From assembly GCA_964016885.1 (NCBI GenBank), contig OZ024758.1:18600001-18664000 (forward strand): a DNA stretch of 64,000 nt, given 5' to 3'. The number at the start of each line of letters is the position of its first letter. Position 1 is the stretch's first letter. The position numbers were made by a program, and so were the translations under genes. This DNA is from Eledone cirrhosa. Lineage: Eukaryota. Shown one piece after another: positions 45,831 to 58,580 of the stretch. The notes under the pieces are model-generated. The model saw nothing but the letters and a program-made list of their open reading frames with translations, did not search any database and was not told the origin of the DNA.

Positions 45831-45925
45831 CTACACACACGCAGAGAAGACAAAAATAAATAAATAAATAAACATATAAAATAAAAATGGCGTAGACATA
45901 CAATACAACATGAGGAACATAATGG

Positions 45926-45969
45926 TACCACTGATGATGTTGCAGATGTGCAACGAAAACACTTTGTTA
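45926..45969 (+). ncRNA. Candidate minimal hammerhead ribozyme, partly degenerate
   Basis: tacca-CTGATGA-t-GTTGCA gatg TGCAAC-GAAA-acac-TT-tgtta. Stem II is a perfect 6 bp, stem I pairs 4 of 5, stem III is weak. Confidence 0.5.
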
Positions 45970-46131
45970 GACTATATATATGTGTTTACACCTATATGAT
46001 AAACATTGAGGACCGAATGAATTAACTGTGGAGATATAAAAGATACAGAAACGAAAACCAACCAAACAGTGCGTGTGTTCTGTTATTATTTATGGCAATA
46101 GTAGCGCAGCAATATAACCCTCCCCAAGTAT

Positions 46132-46168
<37 letters not shown>

Positions 46169-48614
46169 GTAATATGTTTGAAGTTCCAATTTTAGGATAT
46201 CTTAATCCTTATTCTAATATATGACTGTGGTCAAAAGTTAAATCCATTTCAAATTTCATTCATTTCTCTTTCAAACAACTCTACAATGGTCAATTACATA
46301 TGGACAATTTTTTGGCAAATAGTGACACTATTCCATTTCTTCCGAACACGTTGACAGAGAGATATGTAGGAATAATTCTAGTACATCAACATTTTAAAAT
46401 TATAATAACTGCAATAGATATATACGCGTCATCCTTAATTAACCTTTTCAATGGTGTTAGTTTCTGATTTTCAATTTAAATTCAAACCAATGACAGAAAT
46501 GTCATTTTAAAATATATATAATAAATTATTTCAAATCATATGAAAGTTATACCTTAAAGATTAAAACTGTTAGTGCGCATAGTTTGCAGTGTAGATGTCA
46601 TTCGTCAGATTCCGACAAAATGTATGTCCCAACAATTTAAGAACCAAAATAAGCATTAGCTGGTCCTCACATACTTCTGATTATGATAAAATGCCCTTTG
46701 ATTTTGGTTTATTTTAGTCATAATATATACCCGTAAGGTCATTTCTATGAGAGAATCAGATATATGACGAGGCATGACATTTATATTCCAAATGCAATCC
46801 TAATTCTTTGCCATGCAATATTCCTTTACTCAATTTCTCTCATAACGTTTATGTTGATCCGAACCTATGGCAATATATAGGTGTGTATGTATGGTCCAAT
46901 AAGTCGTGATAGAGTCGTGGGGGCGCCGTTTTGACATACGGTGTTTCTTGGGCATTTGAAGCCTGGTGGAAACCATCACTCTCCCTAGTAGAATACAGCA
47001 GATTACTCCCAGAGAAAGAGAGAAAGCGTGAGTGATAAAATGAGAATAGGATATAGAGGGAGAATCGACCGCAGTACCAGACTGCTAATATATACTTACG
47101 TACGTACACTTTGTAATATACACTTGCTTAAAATAAATCCGAGTGCTTTCAGGCTTGGATCGATACGATTGTGAAACAAACTACTTTACCACACAGCCAT
47201 TTTTGCAATGTCTGAATATATCATTGTATACTCAACACATACTAGCCATCAATTAAACAATGATACATTTTAGGTGCTAACAACATAATAAAGAAATTCT
47301 GACAATATTTGTTTAGATTGCGTATATAATTGGTAATTTGTCTTCAATGATACTTCCAAAAAATTATAACAAATTTTAAATAAAATCTTCACTAAGTTCG
47401 CATAAAGATTTATTCAATATCCTGTCTCAGAAAACATTGATTATTGTCTTAATGAAATTTGACGTGTTTGGCGGCAGCGTATTGTCCAGTAACAAGAATG
47501 TTTTCTTCATAAATTGAAAAGTTGCTTTCAATGAAAAAAAAATGGCTGCCAAACAATCAGTTTTTCGGACAATAAAACACTAAACACGACCGTTTGCTGC
47601 TTCAGTTATTACCAAGTGACTAGATTTATCTAATTAATTATCATTGCTTGTGTTTAATGATAAAAGGCTACAGGTTTGTTCACAGTACGTTTGGCTGTGT
47701 TTATTAGTTTCGTGTCCCCTGACAATTGATTTTAGTAACATCATCACATATTTCTCCTTTTGATAACGTCATTCATGAACATTTTATATATTTCTATATT
47801 TATTGTTTTAATTTATTTATTTATTATCACTTTTTATTGCATTCTACCAAATATTACTTCTGGGTGATTTTGTATTATTCATTGAATATCAGGAAAATAC
47901 CTTATTTTCCTTCTTTTCGTTTAATAACCCTATTAAAATGGCAATTCTTTGGTTCATTCTAATTTAGGTACGAAAGAGCTGCAACGTTAACGATTGCCTA
48001 TCGCTACATATTACCGCGTTAATGAGAACTGAAAAACCATAAATTCTAATAAAAGGTATATAAATATATTAAGAGAAAAAATGATATACACAGGAAAGGA
48101 AACACCAGTTCACCATAAGAACATATTTATGGACAGAGATGATTCAGCACGTGATGGATTTGCAGTGCTTTGAAAACATATATTTAACTAAAAATAGCTT
48201 GTCCTCTTTCCTTGTGGCTTTCAAATTATGTTATACATATAAAGTTACACTCTCAATAAATTGACCATCCAGATTTTGTATAGAAATATATATTTCCATC
48301 ATCATGTTAAGTAGTAGAAACAAGAGCAAGCCCGCATAGGGAAACTTGCCACACAATTTAGCCTACAACTATTTTACATAGCCAGCATACGTACACAAAC
48401 ACACATATGTATAAATATATATATATATAACAGATTAAAGTTTAAGCAAAGAATCGCTGCTTTCACCCTTAACGGGTATATATACACGTATATACACACA
48501 GATGTATATATATAGTTTTATGTGTGGTTCAGCAACTTGGGCAATCGACGCGTAGTCGGGTCCGTTGACGTGTTGTACTCGGACTTATATGGTAGGCTTC
48601 CCTCATATGCAATA

Positions 48615-48858
48615 TGTGATATTAGAATAAGTAGGAATGATGTGGCAGCGTATCGTGATTTCTTTTATTCAAGATTAACGTGCGTTTCGCTATTGATCAG
48701 TTGAAGGCTTGACCTGTATCGAGAGTCTGATGAGCGTTTGATTACAACAGATTCGGGCCAATTGGATACAGTTCGACCAATAAACTGATCAATAGCGAAA
48801 CCAGCATTACACTTGAATAAACCTAATGGTGATACTCAGTCCTCAATCCTACTTTATA

Positions 48859-48865
<7 letters not shown>
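48615..48865. mobile_element. Old imperfect inverted-repeat cassette containing a hammerhead-like motif
   Basis: tttattcaag..gtttcgctattgatcagtt vs aactgatcaatagcgaaac..cttgaataaa; outer aagtagga/tcctactt; flanked by TA tracts. Confidence 0.65.
48720..48815 (+). ncRNA. Candidate hammerhead ribozyme with an enlarged stem-loop II
   Basis: cgagagt-CTGATGA-GCgtttgatta...tgatcaataGC-GAAA-ccagca-TT-acacttg; stem I pairs 6 of 7. Confidence 0.5.
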
Positions 48866-48906
<41 letters not shown>

Positions 48907-48930
48907 GTAAACTTTAATCTCTTATTTGAT

Positions 48931-48962
<32 letters not shown>

Positions 48963-49717
48963 GTATATATATATATATATATACGTAGGCATTTGAGAGA
49001 CGAGGGAATATTTGCTTATTTTGAAATGGAAGATTTAAGTTTCTAGGATATCCTGTTATCTGAATTACCCACGCTTATGAAACAACTGTTCGTGGGAACA
49101 TTGTCCATGTACAAGCGCCGATGTTCTGTCTTACGATTGTCGCTATACAATCTATGATCTGCAAGATATTTCAACAATGTGGATCATATGATATTTTGAA
49201 ACTGTTCTGTATTTAAAATCTAAAGCAAAGAGCATTTAATAATTTAGCATATTATAGTATTTATCATTTTAATTTCAATTTAGATGCGCTGATATTGTTG
49301 ATAAAATTAATATTTTGTTTTCATTTAAGTTTAGATCGTTACATAGTAAGCGATTGCTAATTACTATAAAACAAATATCTGTATAGAATCTAGCCGTAAC
49401 CAAATTGATCTGTTTCGACTTCCAACAATGCAGTTTTCCAAAATGTGTATTGATGCCTGAAGTGTCTAATGTCTCTGTTTGTATTTTTTTTTGTTTGTGT
49501 AATTCTACAGACGTTTGCATGCATTTGATTTTTGAATATATATATATAGATAGATGCAAGCTTGCGTTTTATGTACAAAATGTTTGTTGTTGTAATCATA
49601 GCTTCTATTTCGCGTCCATTGCTGATTAGAAAGATCACTATCGAAGATAGAAGTGAGCGAACAAAAACATGTAAACATTGTTATAATAATCAATTGTTAG
49701 AAATAGTTGGGGAAGCA

Positions 49718-49858
49718 AAGAGAGAGAGGGAGATAGAGTGGGGGAGAGAGGGGGAGAAAGAGAGGGAGATAGAGTGAATTAGAGAGGGAGAGAGAGTGAA
49801 TTAGAGAGGGAGAGAGAGTGAATTAGAGAGGGAGAGAGAGGGAGCGAGGGAGAGAGAG
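49718..49858. repeat. GA-rich tract including a 22-bp unit (gagtgaattagagagggagaga) x3
   Basis: Directly visible. Confidence 0.85.
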
Positions 49859-51145
49859 CAGCGTAGAAAATGTAAAAATAGTGTGGCGCAAGATATAAGA
49901 GAGTGGATGAGGGGAGAAAAAGCGAAAAATGGTTGCTCTAAATCTTGTGAAAATGTGTGAAATGATAACTGTTAAACTGTATGTTGAAGAGAGTGGGGGA
50001 TATTTGGAGTTCAAAGGAATATAATAGAAGGAAAAACAGGCTGAGAAAGAAGGGAATAACAAATGCATAATAAATATGATTTACAGAAAGAAAAGAAGAA
50101 AAATGTAAATGCAAATATATATAAAAACAACATTGCTGATCAGCAAAAACAAAATATAAAATTGCACAGAATTTGATAAAACAAAATTTTAAAATAAAAT
50201 ATGTAGAATTTATTTCATATTTTAAAAACCAAATATCGACAATAACATAAAATATTAATACCAAAAAATAAACAGTGTAATAAAACATGATGGAAAGCAA
50301 TAAACCACATTATCGGGAGAAACACATTGCATCTGTTATCAAGCCTGGCATTAACTATTTTATTAGTTTTCTTTCGCTTTTTTCGTACAGTGTTAGAAAA
50401 CTTGAATATGAGGTCAGAAGATAAGTGATCATAATTGGAGAGAGTTGATTGCAGGCCACAATTCCTCGGCCTCAAGGTGACCACTGACGTTAAGGTCATG
50501 CTCACATAATAACAGATGAAATGAAGCATAACTTTAACTTTATGGGGCGTAAATCTCTGCTAATTTGTTCCGTTGCAAGAGTGGCAGAACGCCTTTATCG
50601 CCTCAAAGGAGAAAGTTGAAAACTCGTTCAATGTAACGTTTAGCATGCAAGTAATTAGTTAATTAATTTAACTGAGAAAATATCCTTTGCCTTATCATAC
50701 TGAGTACTTTCTGTTCTGTTATGACACAGCAGCAAATACGTATGCATATACAAATGGAAAGCATGCAACAACCTAACTAAAATGAGCATACCGATATCAA
50801 TACAAGTCTAAAGCTTCCGCTTTCATAGTTACTTTACGCAGTTTTATCTTGTTAAAGTGCAAATATGTCTCCAGGATGGACCGGCGGTTAAATTTCAAGG
50901 CCAACCATACTGATGCATTTGAGAAGTATGTACAGTACATAAGATACGAGAAAGAGATCAGTTGCCTTGACAACCGATGTGGAGTCCAATACAATATTTC
51001 TAACATAGCGATATTTATCCAATATGGTTTGAATGTTTGAGTCCTTCTCAAAAGTTACAAACCTCAATTTCTGAATAGTATTCCTGTTCTATGATTAATC
51101 AACGTTTGTTATGATTTTAGATATAGAATTCTGTGTACCATTAAT

Positions 51146-51361
51146 ACTAAAAATAATTGTTTCTACTTTTGACACAAGGCCAGCAAATTACTCAGTACAT
51201 TACTGGTACCTTATTTTATCGACCCCGTAAGGATGAAAGGCAAGGTTAACCTCGGCGCGATTTGAACTCAGCATGGCAAGGGGCGTAATTCTATGGGTCA
51301 AAGCATGGCGTCCGACCCTCTGCCGATACTGCCAATCCACCGACCTAAGACTAAAAATAAT
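51146..51361 (-). mobile_element. SINE family A with a 12-bp TSD
   Basis: TSD actaaaaataat at 51146-51157 and 51350-51361; full head, core and tail. Confidence 0.92.
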
Positions 51362-51601
51362 GGGGAAATGTTTTGCAAGTTAAAATATTTAACGAATATA
51401 TATATATATATATGAAAGTATTGATTGAAATAAGCACACGATTTGGGTGGAAATTCTTCGCACTAACATATTGAAGCCTAGTTCTTCCTCGTATTACATT
51501 CAGCACTAAAGTATCTATAATTGACGGCGTATTGTTAGTGTTGAATGTAGAAAACTACCGAAAAATCTTTATATTTTTTTAATTATATTTTATTGTTTAA
51601 T

Positions 51602-51821
51602 ATTATTAAATACCGCATACGGTGGATTGGCAGTATCGGTAGAGGGTCGGACGCCATGCTTTGCAGCATAGTTACGTCCCTTTACGATCTGAGTTCAAAT
51701 CCCGCCGAGGTTGACTTTGCCTTTCATCCTTAAGGGGTCGATAAAATAAAGTACCAGTAATGCACTGGGTAATTGCTGGCCTTGTGCCTAAAGTAGAAAC
51801 AATTATTAAATATCGCATACG
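51602..51821 (+). mobile_element. SINE family A, best-preserved copy, 20-bp TSD
   Basis: A box TGGCAGTATCGG, B box GAGTTCAAATCC, core GACTTTGCCTTTCATCCTTAAGGGGTCGATAAAATAAAGTACCAG (MetaSINE-like from memory). TSD attattaaata(c/t)cgcatacg. Confidence 0.95.
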
Positions 51822-52161
51822 TTACATATGCTTATGTTAAGGACTTAAAGGAGATGACAAAATCTTTTATGATAATCTAAACAAAAACATTTGCAAGCTC
51901 TACATGTTGATTTCTACACAGCAATGTTTCCTGTATAACTAATATTCAAATCGACAGCATATATTTCCTTTTAATATCTAGAATATGTTCCGCAATTCAA
52001 GTAAACCTCACTCGATAACATGAAAGAATGGTTGTCTCTGCCAATTGTAGTTTGAGATTCCAGACAATATCGAATACCTACGTCTTAGGAAAATCCATAG
52101 TTTGGTCTGAAAGATTTACTTAACCTCCTCTTAGTTCATCATTAAACAAAGTATGCGTATG

Positions 52162-52185
52162 TACACACACACACACACACACACA

Positions 52186-52248
<63 letters not shown>

Positions 52249-52314
52249 GTACGTATACCATATGAATATGAATATATATATATATACGTATGTATAAAGC
52301 ATACCCATGTGTCA

Positions 52315-52390
<76 letters not shown>
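52162..52390. repeat. (CA)n(TA)n microsatellites
   Basis: Directly visible. Confidence 0.95.
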
Positions 52391-52392
<2 letters not shown>

Positions 52393-52431
52393 GATATTAA
52401 CAAATGGAAATTATATTTATAAAACCATATT

Positions 52432-52496
52432 TATTTCATTATATATATTTAAAGGATACCAAGTTAAATTATGGTATGTCTTCATCAGACAAAATA
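52432..52496 (-). ncRNA. Hammerhead copy with a mutated core (GAAA to UAAA), likely inactive
   Basis: Minus strand: tattttgt-CTGATGA-agacatacca...tggtatcctt-TAAA-tatata-TA-atgaaata. Confidence 0.7.
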
Positions 52497-52655
52497 CAAT
52501 ATATACTAGTTTTATAAATAAACATTGACGTACCCTTTCAAAATGCAACCGTTACTTTTGGAAGACATCGGGATGTCTATCTGATGTCTTCCAAAAGTAA
52601 CGGTTGCATTTTGAAAGGGTACGTCAATGTTTATTTATAAAACTTGTATATATTG

Positions 52656-52720
52656 TATTTTGTCTGATGAAGGCATACCATAATTTAACTTGGTATCCTT
52701 GAAATATATATAACGAAATA
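52656..52720 (+). ncRNA. Minimal type-I hammerhead ribozyme, intact core
   Basis: Stem I tattttgt/acgaaata; CTGATGA at 52664; stem II aggcatacca/tggtatcctt; GAAA at 52701; palindromic ATATATAT; AUA cleavage triplet ending at 52712. Confidence 0.85.
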
Positions 52721-53242
52721 AATATGGTTTTATAAATATAGTTTCCATTTGTTAATATCGTATATCTACTCCAAATACTTGTCGAGTGCTTTATATCAGT
52801 TATAAAAATATTTGCTTGTTGTATCCCAACAATTTAAATAGAACTTTTGCATATATATATATATTTATATATATATATATCAATATAACGCATGCAAATG
52901 TAGGTCCATCTCTTATAGTTTATTTATGACGAACACACACGAGTTATACATGTATGTGCATACATACATAAATAAATACATACATTCCTGTGTGTGTGTG
53001 TTTGTGGTGTGTGGTGTGTGGTATGTGGTGTGGGGTGGAGGGTGTGGGGTGTGTGTGTGTGTGTGGTGTAATAATATTTTGCCAGAAATAATAACATAAC
53101 ACACTGTGTGTACGGATAAAAAAAATAAGAGACTGACCTACATTTGCATGCATTTCCTTTAAAGTAAGGTTTTTTATGCACATTTAAGAGGGGCTAGACA
53201 AGGATTACGCAAGTCGAGCTTGTCATGGCGAGACAGCTAATA

Positions 53243-53805
53243 CTTGTTTCTACTTTTGGCACAAGGCCCCAATTATCCAGTACATTACTGGTACTTTATT
53301 TGATCGACCCCCGTAAGGATGAAAGGCAAAGTTGACCTCGGCGGGATTTGAACAGTTTATAATGTTTGTGAATAATATTTTGCTCATAGGACATGAGAAG
53401 ATGATTGTCGGAATTTAGGTCAGCAAATGGTCGATTACAATAGCGTCTTCCAATGTAACATTAAATGGTGGATTGGCAGTATCAGTAGAGGGTGGGATGG
53501 CATGATTTGCAGTATAGAGTTACGGTCCTTCGCGGTATGGGATCAAATCCCACCGAGATTAATTTTGTCTTTCATCCTTGCTGGCCTTGTGCCTAAAGCA
53601 GAAGCAATTATTTGTTACGTAACAAATCGGTGGATTGGCAGAATCGGTAGCGTGTCGGACACTATGCATTGCGGCATATTTATGACCTTTTACTTTCTGA
53701 GCTCACATCCCGCCGAGGTTAACTTTGCACTCATCCTTAGGGATTCGATAAAACCAGTAATGTACTGTAATAATTGCTGGCATTGTGCCAAAAGTAGAAA
53801 CAAAT
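53243..53805. mobile_element. Cluster of three SINE family A copies: minus 53243-53353 (headless), plus 53467-53612 (internally deleted), plus 53628-53805
   Basis: Head ggtggattggcag, core ctttcatcctt and tail ccttgtgcc..agaaacaa motifs. Confidence 0.88.
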
Positions 53806-54839
53806 GTAAGTGGTTGGTTTTATAATGTATCAGTTCTCAGTTCTAGATTCAGCAGCACTAAGCCATCAGATAGTATCTCAATTGTGTTAATTTATTGTCA
53901 TGATATCTGACGTTTCCTCACTTCCGCCCCACCTGATCTACCTGACAATTTAACAATTCTATTTGCATGTTTTCTATCTCCATGTGTGTTAACTAATAGA
54001 ACATGTTTACTTTAAGTCTAGTGATCTAGTTAAGCCACCAATTGCCTAAAGGCGTTCTTGAGATTAATTTGTGTCATCTAATTGTTTCTCATTAGAAGTA
54101 TTTTGGCGACATCTTGATATAACATGGGTGGTGGTGTGGATGTGGTTCGTTGTTGGCAATAGTTTGGCAACATCTTTATTTAACATATATGGGTGGTGCT
54201 TTGATTGTGGGCATGTCCGTTTGTATCTAAGTTGTCTATAATATGGTGAGAACCATCGTTTAATTTATTTTGTTGGTTATGTACAGTAATATTGTAGTAT
54301 TAGATAAATAAACACGATATACAGAGTACAGGTGAAGTGTTAAATAGATTAGAAGTAATGTATATGGAGTAAAAATGAGTTGAATATGTGACGTGTAAAA
54401 CTATGGGAAACAATATTACAACTCATAAGCAAATATGTAAGTAAATATGCTTGTGAAGATATCAAAGTTAGCACTTACATGTATATATGGAAACGCAGTG
54501 TAGTGGCAAGGAACAATGTGTACACATCATTAAACGATTAGATTAAAAATCACAACGTAGCGATTATAAATATCGGGAGTATTTATCAAATAACTAGATG
54601 CATGAATAAACAAATTTGGGTAAACACGTGCACATTATTCATACCATGCTTTGACTCACAATGATGGTCAAGGCTGCAGAGGGGGGAATATTTAGAGGCT
54701 CGGGATACACCCCCACCACAATTCTATGTTAGAGTATGGATTACCTGGTTTAGAAATGTTTTCTTTGTGGATCTGAGATTTAACACTTCAAAGCATTCCA
54801 AGCATTCGAAGATGCGAGATAATCAGTGACGAGCTTATG

Positions 54840-55030
54840 TACGAAGGTGTGCTGAAAAGCACTTGGCTTTGGCTAAAACTGAATACAGGAGGGTCAGTTA
54901 ATAATTGTATTCAACATATTCACTTCTCAGATTCACAATCATTGCAGAGGCTTTAACACCCCTGCAAATGCAACAGCATTGCACTTTCGCGATGCCCTTC
55001 AAGCTAGGAATATTCAAGCACGCCCTCGTA
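54840..55030. mobile_element. Mariner-derived MITE
   Basis: TA-CGAAGGTGTGCTGAAAAGCACTTGGCTT ... AAGCTAGGAATATTCAAGCACGCCCTCG-TA: imperfect ~28-bp TIRs with TA duplication. Confidence 0.75.
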
Positions 55031-55492
55031 TCGCCTGCATCTTAGTGAATTCAATGCGAAACGTAGTCCATCTAACAATTTCAAACGCAATGCAACTGTG
55101 TATGATTTAAACATAGTAAAAATGCGTATCGTTTCTCAAAGCGCACACGCAATTATTGTCAGACACAAAGAGAATTAATTAAACGGTTACATTATCAATA
55201 ATAGTTATAGCACAGATTTTTTCAACCAGGAAACTATAAATAAACTATTTATTATCATAGATAATCGCATTGTTTAACAATTGCAATAATTCGGATAATA
55301 AAAAAAATATAGATTTTAATGACACGCCCAAGAAATTAAGACAACACAATTCATCCTGTTCTTCAACGCATCAAAAATAATATATTGATTGAAATGTTCC
55401 TGTCATATGACAAGATTAGACAATATGTTTTGTTGGAGGAGTCCTCAGATAAAACAATGCAGAGAAATATGCACATCAATACATATGTGCAG

Positions 55493-55800
55493 GTAGAGAG
55501 AGTGAGAGCGAGAGAAATAGAGACATAGAAAGATAGAGAGAGAAAGATATAAATATATATAGATATATAGAGTGAGAGATAGAGAGAGAGATACAGTAAG
55601 AGATAGAGAGAGATATAGAGAGCGAGAGATAAAGAGAGAGAGAAGGATAGAAAGAGATTTATATATCCATATACATCATGACACACATCCATAGACGGAC
55701 ACACAAATCCCCACACACAAATCCACACCCATACACATATCCACACACAATACACATATCCACACACATACATATATCCACACACAACGCACTCACACTA
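55493..55800. repeat. Degenerate GA-rich then CA-rich simple repeats
   Basis: Directly visible. Confidence 0.8.
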
Positions 55801-56334
55801 ATATATATATCTCCAATATTTACTTTATGAGGTTATGTAATTATAGACGTTTAAATGTAATGAATGATAAAATGGTGGATATGCGTGCTACAGATCTCAA
55901 CGTTTAATAGAGCAATTATCTTTCATTTTTCTTCTCTCTATGAAAGGTTGTCGTGAACATTCTAATGATATTTAGTAGAGAAATAGTAAAACAAAGACAT
56001 AATAAAATTAATCAAACTGGAAATGAATAATTCAGTTAATTGTAGTTAGAATAAAACCCATGAAAGTATTTTTAAAAACGCTATAAGAATTTCTTCAACG
56101 TGAATTAAATAAATTAAATTGGCAATGCAATCACGAAAGGATGTGTAAGACGGAATAAGTAAAACATATTTCTAATAAATTTAATGATAGTAGATTTAAA
56201 CGATATATATTTATAGAGAGACTGCTATATTTATCTTGACTGTTACTCGCTTTTGTGGGGTGTGTTCTATTTTTTCAGAAATGTTAAATATACTAGCATT
56301 TCAATACTTACCATACTCTTACATACCCGACTAT

Positions 56335-56890
56335 CATCATCATCATCATCCGGCGGCCTCGGCCGGAGTCGATTCAAAAATTGATCTCCACGTGGGTCTG
56401 TCCTTCATTGCCGTTGGCAAATCCTGGTTATCAATGCCAGAATCTCGGATTAGGAGAGCTTGAACTCCCAATTATTAGTGACTGCTTGTGGTTCCGAAAG
56501 TACTAACGTGGACACAGCCTCATAGGGGGAATGATGGGTGTCGCCAGCAAATATTACTCTTCTTTTACGTACAACGACAGATATGCTTCGGAGACCTACA
56601 TATATCTCTGTCAAAGCCAAATGTCGCCACCTTATGTTCTGAATGCGTTGAATCAGGCGAGTGTAAGTGCCATCAAGGCGCTTTTGTTGTTTGGATGAAA
56701 GCATCCATGTTTCACTTCCATATAGCAATATTGGTTGGATTGCTACATGGGCCCTTCTGGATGCAAGCTTATGAATATAGCAAGCGAATTTAACGAGATT
56801 TATTCGCAGTCGGCCATAAGATTAATGATAAATGCAGGCGACCTCCGTATCTCTATTCGTTAAGCGTCTTTCACTTCTAGCTATGACGGA
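56335..56890 (-). mobile_element. RTE-clade LINE 3' fragment with a (GAT)n tail
   Basis: ILLYGSETWMLSSKQQKRLDGTYTRLIQRIQNIRW...RKRRVIFAG...LSEP; (cat)5 at 56335-56349. Confidence 0.88.
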
Positions 56891-57120
56891 GTTTTGAATT
56901 ATTGTTAATCTCTCCATGTGTTATAACATTTTGAACTAGGAATGTAGTGTCGAGACAAGCTACAAACATATATATTTTTGTTAGGCTTCCTTTCTTTCAA
57001 TCTAGCTTATCCCTCTTAGTTTTCTTGCACGATTTACATTTCTTTAAATATAGTGTTTCAAATACTGCATAGACCTTCGTTTTAAATGTCAGTGCTGTTA
57101 TTCCACCTATACTTATGATT

Positions 57121-57510
57121 AGGGTCGGACGGCATGCATTGCAACAGAGTTACGGCTCTGTATGATCTGAGTTTAAATCCCACCGAGATTAACTTTTCCT
57201 TTCATTCTTACATGGGTCGATAAAAAAAGTACCAGTGAGGCACTTGGGTCGATTTTATCGACTTTCTCCTCCTCCAAATGTGCTCGCCTTGTGCTTATAC
57301 AAGAAGCCATTATGATTATTAAAGGGCGATAGATCGGCAGAAGGTCGGAGGCCATGCTTTGCAGCATATAGTTACGGCCCTTTATGATCTGAGATTAAAT
57401 CCCGCCGAGGCTAACTTTGCCTTTCATCCTTACGGAGTAGATAAAAAAAAGTACCAGTAATGCACTGGTATATTTTATGGACTTGTGCCAAATGCAGAAA
57501 AAAGTTATTA
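57121..57510 (+). mobile_element. Two tandem SINE family A copies (57121-57320 long variant; 57330-57510)
   Basis: B-box, core and tail motifs each occur twice. Confidence 0.88.
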
Positions 57511-58438
57511 AATCGGATTTGTATTATCTAATTTCACTTAATTTTATTTTAACCCCCATTGTCCTTGTCTTTGTATTGTCCTCTACATGTCGACCATTGT
57601 GGCCAAGAATTGACATTAAGTACCAGTAATGCACTGGGGTAGGGTAAAGGTAATGGACTGCAATCCCATTATTATTATTTTTATTATTAACCATTATTAT
57701 TGCTTTTATCATTATAGTCACTCAAATTGCCCAAATGAAGTAAATCGGATGTTTTCACACACACACATACAATATATATATATATATATATATATATAGG
57801 TGTATGTAGGTGTATGTAGGTGCGTGTGTGAATGTATGTATAAAATATGCCCGTGTGGAGAGAAGGAAGGTGTATTTATATTTAGTGGTAAATAATCATG
57901 TAGAGAGAAAATTAGCACTTTTCCTGGCACCGGAAAAACGCCAAAAAGATGTTATTGAGAGAGTGTGAGACAGACAGTGAGAAAGGCGATGAGTGTAAAT
58001 AGAAGCTTGTGTAAAAATAACAAACAAAACAAAAATGATAAAGACGCTAACAAATATATTTATTAGGTCAAATCAATATATTTGTCAGACAATAAATATT
58101 GATGTTCCTCTTTCTAACACTTACTGAACATTTTATATTTGTGTGTATTGCCGATAATTTAAAGAAAACATTTAAATTTTATTTGCCCTCTTGCCTTTCA
58201 TTGTCTTCCAACCAGATAATTATACGTGAACCTACATGTATCGCCGAATAATTTGCATTTTAGAACGCTTAGTTGAATATACAATGAACGAAAATTCTGT
58301 ATAACTAGCTTGTTGAAACATTTCCTACATTAATATTTTATATCCTTTAACTTCTATTATTTACATATTTAATATCTTGATAGTTTTTCCTATCCAAGAT
58401 GCGTGAAAAATACATGACGTTATATAGTTTATGTTAAT

Positions 58439-58580
58439 GTGGTGAATTGGCAGACTTGTTGCACCGTCGGTCTAAAAACAGCTCACCGTTTGTTTGGGCT
58501 GACAATGCTCTGATTTGAAATTACGCACAAGTTTAACTTTACCTTTCATCATTCTCACCTCAATAAATAATGTACTAGTT
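58439..58580 (+). mobile_element. Old SINE family A relative
   Basis: ggtgaattggcagac...aactttacctttcatc...aataaataatgtactag. Confidence 0.55.

Larger units (their letters stand above)
52387..52765. mobile_element. Near-perfect 379-bp palindrome: inverted duplication of a Penelope-like terminal repeat with a hammerhead motif in each arm
   Basis: Arms of ~183 bp with ~5 mismatches and no indels, centre near 52576. Abuts a TA array. Confidence 0.85.

Noticed and set aside
46849-47109. 86-aa minus ORF with a pyrimidine tract
   Set aside because: No recognisable protein and no convincing donor site.
50875-50925. 51-nt AG...GT micro-exon candidate
   Set aside because: Weak acceptor tract and no partner exons.
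51620-51705. tRNA gene
   Set aside because: The A and B boxes belong to a SINE head; no cloverleaf, and it continues into the SINE core.
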